From Deltaproteobacteria bacterium (lineage in GTDB: Bacteria > Desulfobacterota > Desulfobaccia > Desulfobaccales > 0-14-0-80-60-11), in contig JAUSOZ010000015.1 of the NCBI GenBank assembly GCA_030655955.1, positions 1,669 through 65,668 of the forward strand: a stretch of DNA of 64,000 nt. Reading direction: 5' to 3'. Made by a program: the position numbers and the translations under genes. How positions within the stretch are numbered: the stretch's first letter is position 1; each line of letters opens with the position of its first letter. Positions 52,204 through 61,512 of the stretch are shown piece by piece. Below the pieces are notes generated by a model. The model was not told the DNA's origin, searched no databases, and saw nothing but the letters and a program-made list of their open reading frames with translations.

Positions 52204-53784
52204 TTATCGGCGCGGCTCCTCTTCTGGGGCAACGGCAGATTTGGGGGTGTGGCGCATGAGAAAGACCAGGGGCAGCAGGCAGAGAAAGACGATGGTGAAG
52301 AACCAGTAATCGTCGCAGAAGGCCAGCATTTTAGCCTGGCGCTGCAGTTCCTGATAGAGCCCGCCCATGGCCTGGGGGGCATTCCACCACTGCCAGTTGG
52401 CTCCCAAATCCGGCAAGGCTTGCGACAGGCGGTGCTGCCAGTCGTTGAAGGGCTGGGACAGTGGGGTGAGGTGCTCCACCAGGCGACTCTGATGGAACTG
52501 ACTCCGCCGGGACAGGAGGGTGGTGGCCGTGGCGATGCCGAAGGACCCTCCCAGGTTGCGCATCAGGTTGAAGATGCCGGTGGCGTTGCCCATTTTCTCC
52601 TGGGAGATGCGGGACATGGTGAGGGTGGTGAGGGACACGAAGGTGGCCCCCAGGCCAAACCCCTGGATGAACCGGGGCCACCAGGCATGGTAAAAATCAA
52701 TGGTGGTGGTGTAGCCGCTCATGAGATACACGGCATAGGCGTTGATTAACAGGCCCGCAAAGACGATCTTGCGGCTGTCCATCACCATGGTGAGGCGTCC
52801 CACTATCGGCATGATCATCAGGGAGCCGATACCGCCGAAGGCCAGGGCCCAGCCCGCCAGGGTGGCATCGTAGCCCATGAGGGTCTGGAGGTAAAGGGGC
52901 AGGAGCATGATGCTGCCGTAGAGGACAAACCCGAAAAAAAACATGATGGTCACCCCGGCGGCGTAGTTCCGCTCCTTGAAGAGGCGGAGGGCCACCACGG
53001 GGTCCCGGGTTTTGAGCTCATGATAGATCAGGACACCTATGGCCACCACCGCGATGATGGCCAGGCGGGTGATGAAGGCGGAAGAGAACCAGTCGTCCCG
53101 CTCCCCTTTGTCCAGCACCACCTGGAGGGCTCCCAGACCCACGACCAAGAGACCCAGCCCCCAGTAGTCGATGCTGCCGGCCCGCTGGCGCCGGATGTAA
53201 TCCGGGTCGAAGATGAACAGATAGGTGAGAACCAGGGACAACAGGCCGATGGGCAGGTTGATGTAGAAGGCCCAGCGCCAGGTGAGGTTGTCGGTGACCC
53301 AGCCCCCCATGACCGGCCCCACAATGGGGGCGATGATCACCCCGATGCCCCAAATGGCCATGGCCATGCCCCGCTCGGCCACCGGGAAGGTTTCCAGCAG
53401 AATGGCCTGGGAGATGGGCTGGAGCGCCCCGCCGCCGACGCCCTGGATGATGCGGAAGACGATGAGCATCACCAAACTGGTGGCCATGCCGCACAGCATG
53501 GAACTAACGGTGAACAGCGCGATGCAGAGAAGCAGGAAGCGTTTGCGGCCGAACAGGGCCGCCAGCCAGCCGGTGATGGGCAGGATGATGGCGTTGGAGA
53601 CCAGGTAGGCCGTGAGAATCCAGGTGGTTTCGTCCTCCGAGGCGGCCAGGCTGCCGGCGATATGGGGCAGGGCCACGTTGACCACCGTGGTGTCGACGAT
53701 CTCCATGAAGGTGCCGGCCATCACCGCGATAGTGACCAGCCATTTGTTGACCGCTACCGGGGAGTTGTTGTTGGGAGTGGTCAT
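52204..53784 (-). CDS. EmrB/QacA-subfamily (DHA2, 14-TMS) MFS efflux transporter
   Basis: MEIVDTTVVNVALPHI, WLAALFGRKRFLL, FRIIQGVGGGAL, ~14 TM helices, 526 aa. Confidence 0.88.
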   Translation of the reverse strand: MTTPNNNSPVAVNKWLVTIAVMAGTFMEIVDTTVVNVALPHIAGSLAASEDETTWILTAYLVSNAIILPITGWLAALFGRKRFLLLCIALFTVSSMLCGMATSLVMLIVFRIIQGVGGGALQPISQAILLETFPVAERGMAMAIWGIGVIIAPIVGPVMGGWVTDNLTWRWAFYINLPIGLLSLVLTYLFIFDPDYIRRQRAGSIDYWGLGLLVVGLGALQVVLDKGERDDWFSSAFITRLAIIAVVAIGVLIYHELKTRDPVVALRLFKERNYAAGVTIMFFFGFVLYGSIMLLPLYLQTLMGYDATLAGWALAFGGIGSLMIMPIVGRLTMVMDSRKIVFAGLLINAYAVYLMSGYTTTIDFYHAWWPRFIQGFGLGATFVSLTTLTMSRISQEKMGNATGIFNLMRNLGGSFGIATATTLLSRRSQFHQSRLVEHLTPLSQPFNDWQHRLSQALPDLGANWQWWNAPQAMGGLYQELQRQAKMLAFCDDYWFFTIVFLCLLPLVFLMRHTPKSAVAPEEEPRR

Positions 53785-53923
53785 CTTAAGCTCACAACCT
53801 GATCAATCCGGGCAATAACTTCGATTTCCCAGGGATGGCCCCGGCTTTTGCGGCGCCAGGTGGTGCTCCGGCAGACCTCAAGGGGTCCGGCGCTACCGGG
53901 AGGCGGCCCGGGGGCCGCAAAAC

Positions 53924-54982
53924 TTATTGAGAAGAAAAATGGCTCTCCGGCCCCAATAGCCGTTTGCCGGTGTGTTTTCGGGTATCGACGATAACCTCGG
54001 TGGACATCCCCAGGCGCAGGGGGCGGTTGGCGGGGAAGGGCGGAGCCAGGGTGATTTTGACCGGGACGCGTTGGACCACCTTGACCCAGTTGCCGGTGGC
54101 GTTCTCCGGGGGCAGGAGCGAGAAGGCCGAGCCGGTGCCGGCCATGATGGAATGCACCCTGCCGGTAAATTCGACCCCGGGGTAGGTGTCCACCCAGACC
54201 CTGGCGGGCTGGCCGATATACATGTTGGTCAGTTCCGTCTCTTTGTAGTTGGCCTGGACCCAGAGCTGGGAGGTGCCCAGAGGCACGAGCATCATCAAGG
54301 GCTGTCCCGGCTGGACCCAGTTGCCCACTTCCACCTGCCGTCTGGTGATGTAGCCTTCGATCTGGGCGGTGATCTTGGCATAGCCCAGGTTGAGGCGGGC
54401 CTGCTCCAGTTTGGCTTTGGCTTCCTTGATGGCTGGCTGCTCGTCCAGAGGGATGTCGGTGGACCCGCCGATGGCGGCCAGGGCTTCCTTGAGTTCCCGT
54501 TGCGCCTTGTCTAACATGGCCTGAGTGACCCGGTAGCGGGTTTCCACCTGGTCCAGGGTCTGTTTGGGGATGGTGCGGCGCTCAAAAAGACTGGTATAGC
54601 GACTCTTATCGAGGTTGGCCATCTTGAAATTGGCCTCGGCCTCGGGTATCCGGGTTTTGGTGGTGGAAACCCGGACGTAGGCCTGGGCCAGTTCCTGGCG
54701 CAGGCGGCCCAGGTTCCCTTCTTCCTTGGCCACCGCGGTGTCATAGTCCTGAGGCTCCAGGGTCACCAGGACCTGGCCGGGAGTAACGTGCTGGTTGTTA
54801 TCCACCAGAATTTTGGCCACCCGCCCCGGCACCCGGGCCGAAATGACCCCCACATAACCGGCCACATAGGCGTCGTCGGTGCTGACGAAAATGTGGATGT
54901 GCCTCCAGTAGGCAAACCCGCCCCCGATCATGAGCAGGACCAGGAGGCCAATGCCGATGCGGGCGAGAAGTTTACGGGACAT
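53924..54982 (-). CDS. HlyD/EmrA-family membrane-fusion protein
   Basis: N-terminal TM anchor, TDDAYVAGYVGVISARVPGRV lipoyl-like motif, coiled-coil hairpin, and C-terminal beta-barrel (VKVVQRVPVKI). The ATG at 54982 overlaps the TolC-like stop; an alternative ATG lies at 55015. Confidence 0.85.
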   Translation of the reverse strand: MSRKLLARIGIGLLVLLMIGGGFAYWRHIHIFVSTDDAYVAGYVGVISARVPGRVAKILVDNNQHVTPGQVLVTLEPQDYDTAVAKEEGNLGRLRQELAQAYVRVSTTKTRIPEAEANFKMANLDKSRYTSLFERRTIPKQTLDQVETRYRVTQAMLDKAQRELKEALAAIGGSTDIPLDEQPAIKEAKAKLEQARLNLGYAKITAQIEGYITRRQVEVGNWVQPGQPLMMLVPLGTSQLWVQANYKETELTNMYIGQPARVWVDTYPGVEFTGRVHSIMAGTGSAFSLLPPENATGNWVKVVQRVPVKITLAPPFPANRPLRLGMSTEVIVDTRKHTGKRLLGPESHFSSQ

Positions 54983-56321
54983 GGCGTGGCTGGTTCTCCT
55001 GGGGGAGGAGTTCATTGATGCCGCCGATGGCCCAGAGCATCTGGGCCTTGGCCATCTGATGGTCGTACACTGCGGTCCAGTAATTGACCCGGGTCTTGGT
55101 CAAGAGGGTATCGGCGTCGATGACGTCAGTGGCGGTCCCGACGCTTTCTTTATACCGTTCTTCGTTGAGGCGCAGATTTTCCTCGCCCTGGGTCACCGCG
55201 GTCTCCGTGGTCCTGATCCGGTCCACGGTCTCTTTGATCTTCAGGTAAGCGGTCTGGACATCCAGTTGGACTTGCTCATTCATATTTTTTTGCTGCTCCT
55301 GCAGTTGCTGCACCTTGAGCTTGGCCTGGGAGACCGCCGCCTTGGTGTCCAAGCCGGAAAAGATGTTCCAGTTCATGGCAAAGATGGCGAACCACTGGTG
55401 ATTGTGCAGCAGGCTGTTGTTTACCTGATAGGTATGCCCCGCCTGGACGCCAAACTGGGGAAAGAACTGGGCCCGGGTCTCCACCACCACCTTTTCCTGT
55501 TCATGGATGCGCTCCTGGGAGGCCTTGAGATCGGCCCGGCGCTTCAAGGCAACGTCCGTAGCCTCCCCCAGGGCCCAGGCCTTGACGTCGACTTTCTCAT
55601 CCTTCAGGACCGTGGCGGCGGTTACGGGCAGCATCAAGGCCTTGTTCAGGGACGACCGCATGTTGATAAAGTCGGTTTCGGCCACGATCAGGTTCTGCTG
55701 GGCGTCAGCCAGGGAAACCTTGGCCTGGAGCACATCGTTCATAGTCACGATCCCAAATTGGTACTGGTCCTGGGCAATGCGGAGATGCTCCTTGAGGTCA
55801 AAAACCGTCTGCTTGGCCACTTCCACCATTTTCTTGGCCCGGAGGGTTTTGAAGTACCCCTGGGCTACGGTCAGAAAGACGTCGTCCCGGGTCTGGGTGG
55901 TATCCAGCAGACTGGCCTGATGTCCCTTGATGGCTGCCATATATTTGGACGGGGTGCCCCAGAAGTCGAAGATCAACTGGTTCACGGAGGTCTGGCTGCT
56001 CCAAAAGTTCCGGTTGGTCTGGGGAAAACTCACCCCCCCGCCCGCAATGTTAAACTTCAGCGGGTCATCGTAAATGGTCTGGCCCACCTGGGTTTTGACC
56101 TGGGGCAGCAGCCCTGACCGGGCCCGGACCACCTGCTCGCCGGCGATGAGAGCCTGGAGGCGGCTGATCTGCAAATTGGGGTTGGCCTTCCAGGCCAGGC
56201 GCAGGGCTTCCTTCAAATCCAGGTGGGTGGCCGGGGGTTCAGCGGCCCCGCCCGGGAAGACCGTGGCGCCCCACAGTAAGAGTAAAAATCCGAGCCCGAG
56301 CCCTAGGTTTCTGGCCGTCAT
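54972..56321 (-). CDS. TolC-family outer-membrane efflux protein
   Basis: Signal peptide, duplicated OEP repeats (LKEALRLAWKANPNLQ ..., coiled-coil-rich), 449 aa. Confidence 0.85.
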   Translation of the reverse strand: MTARNLGLGLGFLLLLWGATVFPGGAAEPPATHLDLKEALRLAWKANPNLQISRLQALIAGEQVVRARSGLLPQVKTQVGQTIYDDPLKFNIAGGGVSFPQTNRNFWSSQTSVNQLIFDFWGTPSKYMAAIKGHQASLLDTTQTRDDVFLTVAQGYFKTLRAKKMVEVAKQTVFDLKEHLRIAQDQYQFGIVTMNDVLQAKVSLADAQQNLIVAETDFINMRSSLNKALMLPVTAATVLKDEKVDVKAWALGEATDVALKRRADLKASQERIHEQEKVVVETRAQFFPQFGVQAGHTYQVNNSLLHNHQWFAIFAMNWNIFSGLDTKAAVSQAKLKVQQLQEQQKNMNEQVQLDVQTAYLKIKETVDRIRTTETAVTQGEENLRLNEERYKESVGTATDVIDADTLLTKTRVNYWTAVYDHQMAKAQMLWAIGGINELLPQENQPRHVP

Positions 56322-56971
56322 AGCGCCGCTTCCTCTGCTAAAGATTGCTTTCCCCGGACCAAACCGGAGGAGATAAGGGTGAGAATAACCGGTAAGGCCT
56401 CTTTGGCCGCATCCGCCTGTCCTTCGGACTTCTGATAGTAGCCGGTGGCCCGGATCAATCCCCGGATCAAAAAGGTGAGGAGGCGGGGATTGGCGGGAAT
56501 AAAATGACCCGCGGCAATGCCTTCGGCAAACAGGTCCGTCACCAGGGCGACAAATTGCTCTTCCAATTCCTGGAAGCGGCGCCGGAAGCCATCCCGGGAT
56601 TCTCCCTCTCCCTGGACCAGTTCCCGGGCGTAGATGGGAAACAACAGCCGCTCCCGGTTGAGATACTCCAGGAGAACGGACACCAGCCGGATCAACTTCT
56701 CCGGCGGCGTCCCGGGGGCCACCAGAGCGGCCTCCACGTCCTGAATGATGTTTTCCCCCACCTGGGCGATGAGGGCCTGGATCAGATCGTCTTTGCTCTG
56801 GAAATAAAGATACACTGTGCCCTTGGCCACCCCGGCGGCCGCGGCGATCTCCTCCATGGTCATGGCTTCCGGGCCGCGCTGCTCCAGCAGGCTCCGGGCC
56901 GCGGCCAGGATCTCCCGGGTGCGGAAGGCGGTGACAATTTCTTTCTTAGTGGCTTTGAGGGAGGCTGGCAT
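56318..56971 (-). CDS. TetR/AcrR-family transcriptional regulator
   Basis: N-terminal HTH TMEEIAAAAGVAKGTVYLYFQSKDDL. It overlaps the TolC-like start by 4 nt. Confidence 0.9.
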   Translation of the reverse strand: MPASLKATKKEIVTAFRTREILAAARSLLEQRGPEAMTMEEIAAAAGVAKGTVYLYFQSKDDLIQALIAQVGENIIQDVEAALVAPGTPPEKLIRLVSVLLEYLNRERLLFPIYARELVQGEGESRDGFRRRFQELEEQFVALVTDLFAEGIAAGHFIPANPRLLTFLIRGLIRATGYYQKSEGQADAAKEALPVILTLISSGLVRGKQSLAEEAAL

Positions 56972-57043
56972 GTCTCACAATTGGTCCGACTTGTCGCCGG
57001 GGCTACCGGCGAGGTGGCTCGAAACGAATTATTATCCGACCGT

Positions 57044-57064
57044 GTAGGGTGCGCACCGCGCACC
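57044..57064. repeat. Family-C variant GTAGGGTGCGCACCGCGCACC
   Basis: Exact reverse complement of the 21-mer at 20323-20343. Confidence 0.8.
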
Positions 57065-57233
57065 AGCTTTTGGCGATATCCAGATAGTCACAGGGCTGGT
57101 ATAATGACTACTGGGTCATTAAAATGACCATTTAGTCAATAATAGGTTTTCGTGGCCTTGTCAAGAAAAACTTGCAAACTCACATGGCTCTGTTTAGACT
57201 AGAAAATATCCAGAGGGTTGACAGGAGGCGATA

Positions 57234-58145
57234 ATGCACCGTCGTGATTTCATCAGGTATATGACGGCCTTGGGACTGGTAAGCGGGGCCGGGCGGCTGG
57301 TGTTGCCGGAAGAAGTGTGGGCCATGGCCCCCCAACAAACGCCGCAACCCTTGGTAGCCAAAGCCCAGGGGGCCAATTACGCCCAGCTGGTGGGAGATAC
57401 CATCCAGGCCCTGGGCGGCATGAAGAAATTCGTCAATCCCGGCGAAGTGGTGGTGGTCAAGCCCAACATGGCCTGGGACCGGACCCCGGAGATGGCGGCC
57501 AACGCCAATCCGCTGGTGGTGCGCCAGGTGGTGGAATTGTGCCTGGAAGCCGGGGCCAAAAAGGTCAAGGTGCTGGACAACACCTGCCACGACGCCCGCA
57601 AGGCCTACGCCAACTCGGGCATCAAGGCGGCGGTGGAAGCCATCAAAGATCCCCGGGCGGTGGTGGAGTTTGTGGATGATCGCGGCTTCGTGGAACTCCG
57701 TATCGAGAAGGCCAAGGCCCTGAAAAAATGGTATTTTTATAAAGAGATTTTGGAAGCCGACCGCTTCATCAACATTCCCATCGCCAAGAATCACTCCGAA
57801 GCCCGCCTCACCATGTGCCTGAAGAACATGATGGGGGCCATCGGCGGCTGGCGGGGCCGCATCCATGTGGGCCTGCACCAGAACATCGCCGACATGAACC
57901 TGCTGCTGCGCCCCGATCTCCACGTCCTGGACGCCACCCGGATTATGCTGAAAAACGGCCCTTCCGGCGGCAGCCTCGAGGATGTGGCGGTGAAAAACTT
58001 GGTGTTCGCCGGCACCGACCCCGTGGCCCTGGACGCCCTGGGCACCGGACTGTTCGGCATGAAACCGGCGGATATCGGCTATATCACCAAGTCCCACCAG
58101 GCCGGCCGGGGCGAAATGGACCTGAACAAGATCAAGGTCCTGTAA
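57234..58145 (+). CDS. DUF362-domain protein with twin-arginine signal
   Basis: MHRRDFIRYMTALGLVSGAG Tat-type signal. GEVVVVKPNMAW..ANANPLVVRQVVELCLEAGAKKVKVLDN is typical of DUF362. Confidence 0.8.
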   Translation: MHRRDFIRYMTALGLVSGAGRLVLPEEVWAMAPQQTPQPLVAKAQGANYAQLVGDTIQALGGMKKFVNPGEVVVVKPNMAWDRTPEMAANANPLVVRQVVELCLEAGAKKVKVLDNTCHDARKAYANSGIKAAVEAIKDPRAVVEFVDDRGFVELRIEKAKALKKWYFYKEILEADRFINIPIAKNHSEARLTMCLKNMMGAIGGWRGRIHVGLHQNIADMNLLLRPDLHVLDATRIMLKNGPSGGSLEDVAVKNLVFAGTDPVALDALGTGLFGMKPADIGYITKSHQAGRGEMDLNKIKVL

Positions 58146-58325
58146 GCGAAAAACCCCAGGTCAAAGACCCAGCCGGCGGTTTCTTGAGACCTAACCGGAC
58201 AAGACGTAGGGGCGGCGCTCGCACCGGCCCTGCCGGATTTTTGGGATAACTATAGCAATTAACCAAAGAGCCTCTGGCAAAAGTGTCTTTCCACCGAGAT
58301 TCCATCAATCTATCCCAAGGAATCT

Positions 58326-58480
58326 GGTGGCACAGGCTTCCAGCCTGTGCTGATAAAGGATTAAATCCGAGGTATATCATCTTGATATTCTTTAAAAAGA
58401 GGTTCTTGGGAAACTGAGGGTCATTAATGCCGGACCGACCTTCATCACGCATTTGCACAGGCTGGGAAGCCTGTGCCACC
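58326..58480. mobile_element. MITE-like unit: two inverted copies of hairpin GGTGGCACAGGCT-nnn-AGCCTGTGC flanking a ~104-bp AT-richer core
   Basis: ggtggcacaggcttccagcctgtgc (58326-58350) and gcacaggctgggaagcctgtgccacc (58455-58480). A partial copy cagcctgtgccacc lies at 31823-31836. Confidence 0.4.
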
Positions 58481-58544
58481 AGACTAAGATGAATTTTGCC
58501 AGTGCCTCAAAAGGTTTTTCCGTTCTTGCACATGCCCCAAGAAC

Positions 58545-58640
58545 CTAAATCCCCCCTATCCCCCCTTTTCCAAAGGGGGGAACTTAGCGGAATTCCTTTG
58601 AAAGTCCCCCTTGGAACAGGGGCATTTAAGGGGATTTAAA
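58545..58640. repeat. Inverted pair of family-D elements
   Basis: ctaaatcccccctatccccccttttccaaaggggggaacttag (58545-58587) and gaaagtcccccttggaacaggggcatttaaggggatttaaa (58601-58640, opposite orientation). Confidence 0.65.
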
Positions 58641-58717
58641 CACCATCAATGGGAAGGAATTTTTGGCAATCGCTTTAAATCTCTGTACCTAACCATGCCC
58701 TTAACCCGGAAGAATCA

Positions 58718-60277
58718 ATGGAAAAAACCAGTTTCTCCTTAACCGGCCGCGGCTACGCCCGCCTCCGCCGGGTCATTCAGGTCCTTTTTCTGGCCCTGTT
58801 TTTCTGGCTGTTTCTGAAAGCCGCCTTCGTGGGTCAGGAAAACCTGGCCTGGCCGGTGGACCTGTTCTTTCGCTTCGACCCCCTGATCCTGGCAGCCCAA
58901 CTCCTGACCTTCAGCCCCTTGGTGGCCGGTCTGTTCTGGTCCCTGATCATGGTGGCCGCAACCTTCATCCTGGGCCGGTTTTTCTGCGGCTGGGTCTGCC
59001 CCCTGGGAACCACCCTGGACGGGGCTCGCCGGCTGCTCTTTACCTCCCGGCCCGACCGCGGCGTGGCGGCCCGGTGGCGCCGGGGCAAATACTACCTGCT
59101 CATGGGGCTGTTGGTCAGCAGCCTCTTTTCCCTGAACCTGGTGGGGCTCTTCGACCCCCTGTCCCTGCTCTACCGCACCCTGGCCATCGTCTTTTATCCC
59201 GCCTTCGGCTACGGGGTGGAAAAGGCCGGGCTGACCTTCTACCGCCTGGGGCCGCCCCTCACCTATGTGAGCGAACCCCTGTATCAATTCTTCAAGGCCA
59301 CGGTGCTGCCCTTCCGGCCCCTGGTCTACCTGCTGCCTTTTTTCACCTTAACGCTCTTTGCCCTGGTGGTGGCCGCGGAATGGGTTGACCGGCGCTTCTG
59401 GTGCCGGGCCTTCTGTCCCCTGGGGGCTTTATACGGCTTGATCGCCCGCTACTCCCGGCTCAGGCGGCGGCCTGCGGCCCTCTGCCCCGACTGCGGCGAC
59501 TGCACCCAGTTGTGCAAGATGGCCGCCTTCGCCCCGGGCAAACCGGCCCGCCATTTGACTTCCGAGTGCCAGCTCTGCCTCCGCTGCCTGGAGGGGTGCG
59601 ACAAAGAGGACCGGGTGAGCTTTACCTGGACCTCCAAGGCGCCCCGGGCGACCCTGGACCTGGGGAGGCGCCAGGTCATCACCGCGGTGGCGGCGGGGGC
59701 CGTGGCCGTGCCTTTCATCCGCCTGGGCTCCCTGGCCCGGCGGCCCGACGAATTTCTCGTCCGGCCCCCCGGGGCCCAGACCGAGGCCGAGGTTCTCTCC
59801 CGTTGCATCCGCTGCGGCCAGTGCATGAAGGTCTGCCTGACCAACGGCATTCAGCCGGTGCTGTGGGAAGCGGGCCTGGAAGGGCTCTACACCCCCCGGC
59901 TCATCCCGCGCATGGGTTACTGCTCTTACTCCTGCAACCTGTGCGGCCAGGTGTGCCCCACCGGGGCTATTCCCCATCTAAAACTTGAGGTTAAGCAGGC
60001 CACCGTTCTGGGAACCGCCAGCATCAACCGCACCCGCTGCATCCCTTACACCGAAGGCACCGATTGCCTGGTGTGCGAAGAGCATTGCCCCGTCTCCCCC
60101 AAGGCCATCACCTACGTCGAACAGGAAGTAGTCAATGTCCAGGGGGAACGGCTGAAGGTGAAGCTGCCCATGGTGATTCCGGATCGCTGCATCGGCTGCG
60201 GCCACTGCGAACACGTCTGCCCCGTGGGCGGCGCCGCGGCCATCCGGGTGAAGCGGTCGTTGCGGGTGGAGATGTAA
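58718..60277 (+). CDS. Membrane-anchored polyferredoxin (NapH/MauN-like TM module + multiple 4Fe-4S domains)
   Basis: TM region with RFFCGWVCPLGT and FWCRAFCPLGALYG. Then Cys clusters CPDCGDCTQLC, CQLCLRCLEGC, CIRCGQCMKVC, CNLCGQVCP, CLVCEEHCP and CIGCGHCEHVCP. Confidence 0.85.
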   Translation: MEKTSFSLTGRGYARLRRVIQVLFLALFFWLFLKAAFVGQENLAWPVDLFFRFDPLILAAQLLTFSPLVAGLFWSLIMVAATFILGRFFCGWVCPLGTTLDGARRLLFTSRPDRGVAARWRRGKYYLLMGLLVSSLFSLNLVGLFDPLSLLYRTLAIVFYPAFGYGVEKAGLTFYRLGPPLTYVSEPLYQFFKATVLPFRPLVYLLPFFTLTLFALVVAAEWVDRRFWCRAFCPLGALYGLIARYSRLRRRPAALCPDCGDCTQLCKMAAFAPGKPARHLTSECQLCLRCLEGCDKEDRVSFTWTSKAPRATLDLGRRQVITAVAAGAVAVPFIRLGSLARRPDEFLVRPPGAQTEAEVLSRCIRCGQCMKVCLTNGIQPVLWEAGLEGLYTPRLIPRMGYCSYSCNLCGQVCPTGAIPHLKLEVKQATVLGTASINRTRCIPYTEGTDCLVCEEHCPVSPKAITYVEQEVVNVQGERLKVKLPMVIPDRCIGCGHCEHVCPVGGAAAIRVKRSLRVEM

Positions 60278-60385
60278 GGTTTTGAGGGAGGGGGTAGGGG
60301 CTTTTGCCCCTAGCCTCCTTCCTCAATTGGAGGCCAAGTTATCAAACGTCACTACCCCGATCAGCCCCTGGTAGGCGTTGGCGCC

Positions 60386-60799
60386 GTGGTCTTTAAGGGC
60401 GACGAGGTGCTGTTGGTGCGCCGGGGCCAGGAGCCGGCCCTGGGTTCCTGGAGCCTGCCCGGCGGCCTGGTGGAGCTGGGGGAGACCCTGTCGGCTGCCA
60501 TTAAGCGGGAACTGGCGGAAGAGACCGGGCTGACCGTGACCCTCCTGGGCATCGCCGCAGTTCTCGAACGCATCTTCCCCGACCCCGACGGTGCCATCGC
60601 CTATCACTATGTCCTGGTAGATTACCTCTGCGACTACTTAGGAGGGGAGTTGAGCCCCGGCTCGGACATCACCGCGGCCCGGTTCGTTTCTGTGAGCGAC
60701 CTGCCCGGCTTCGACCTGCCGCAATTCACCGCCGACGTCATCCGCCGGGCCTGGGAGCAGAAACGGCAGGGTAGCTGTTTGCCCTTAACGGAAATTTGA
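60386..60799 (+). CDS. NUDIX hydrolase
   Basis: Nudix box GGLVELGETLSAAIKRELAEETGL. GTG at 60386 is the first canonical start, but family-like sequence continues upstream in frame (see findings). Confidence 0.8.
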   Translation: MVFKGDEVLLVRRGQEPALGSWSLPGGLVELGETLSAAIKRELAEETGLTVTLLGIAAVLERIFPDPDGAIAYHYVLVDYLCDYLGGELSPGSDITAARFVSVSDLPGFDLPQFTADVIRRAWEQKRQGSCLPLTEI

Positions 60800-60823
60800 G
60801 GGCGGGGAATCCCTCATCTTTAC

Positions 60824-61336
<513 letters not shown>

Positions 61337-61512
61337 GTGGATCTCCTTTAAAGCGTAATTGATATATCGTTAAACTTAAGGAGTGAGGTTAGGGAAATCA
61401 ATTGTCGGGGGCACGATTTAATGGGCTTTAAAGCGTGATACATAAAGCCTCAATAAAAAAAAGGGCAGCGCCAGTCATCGGCCTGCCCTCTTTTCCTGGC
61501 ATCAGTGCGGGG

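Noticed and set aside
51102-52382. 426-aa minus-strand ORF overlapping the UPF0104-like gene in another frame
   Set aside because: The translation is a P/G/A/R-rich low-complexity string. The alternative frame (51143-52102) gives a clean 8-TM protein with family motifs.
54930-56117. 395-aa plus-strand ORF, with similar antisense ORFs at 53020-53802, 57180-58097, 61717-62718, 25024-25890, 27017-27901 and 35911-36915
   Set aside because: All are antisense to genes with clear homology-type motifs and translate to G/D/H/L/Q-rich low-complexity sequence.
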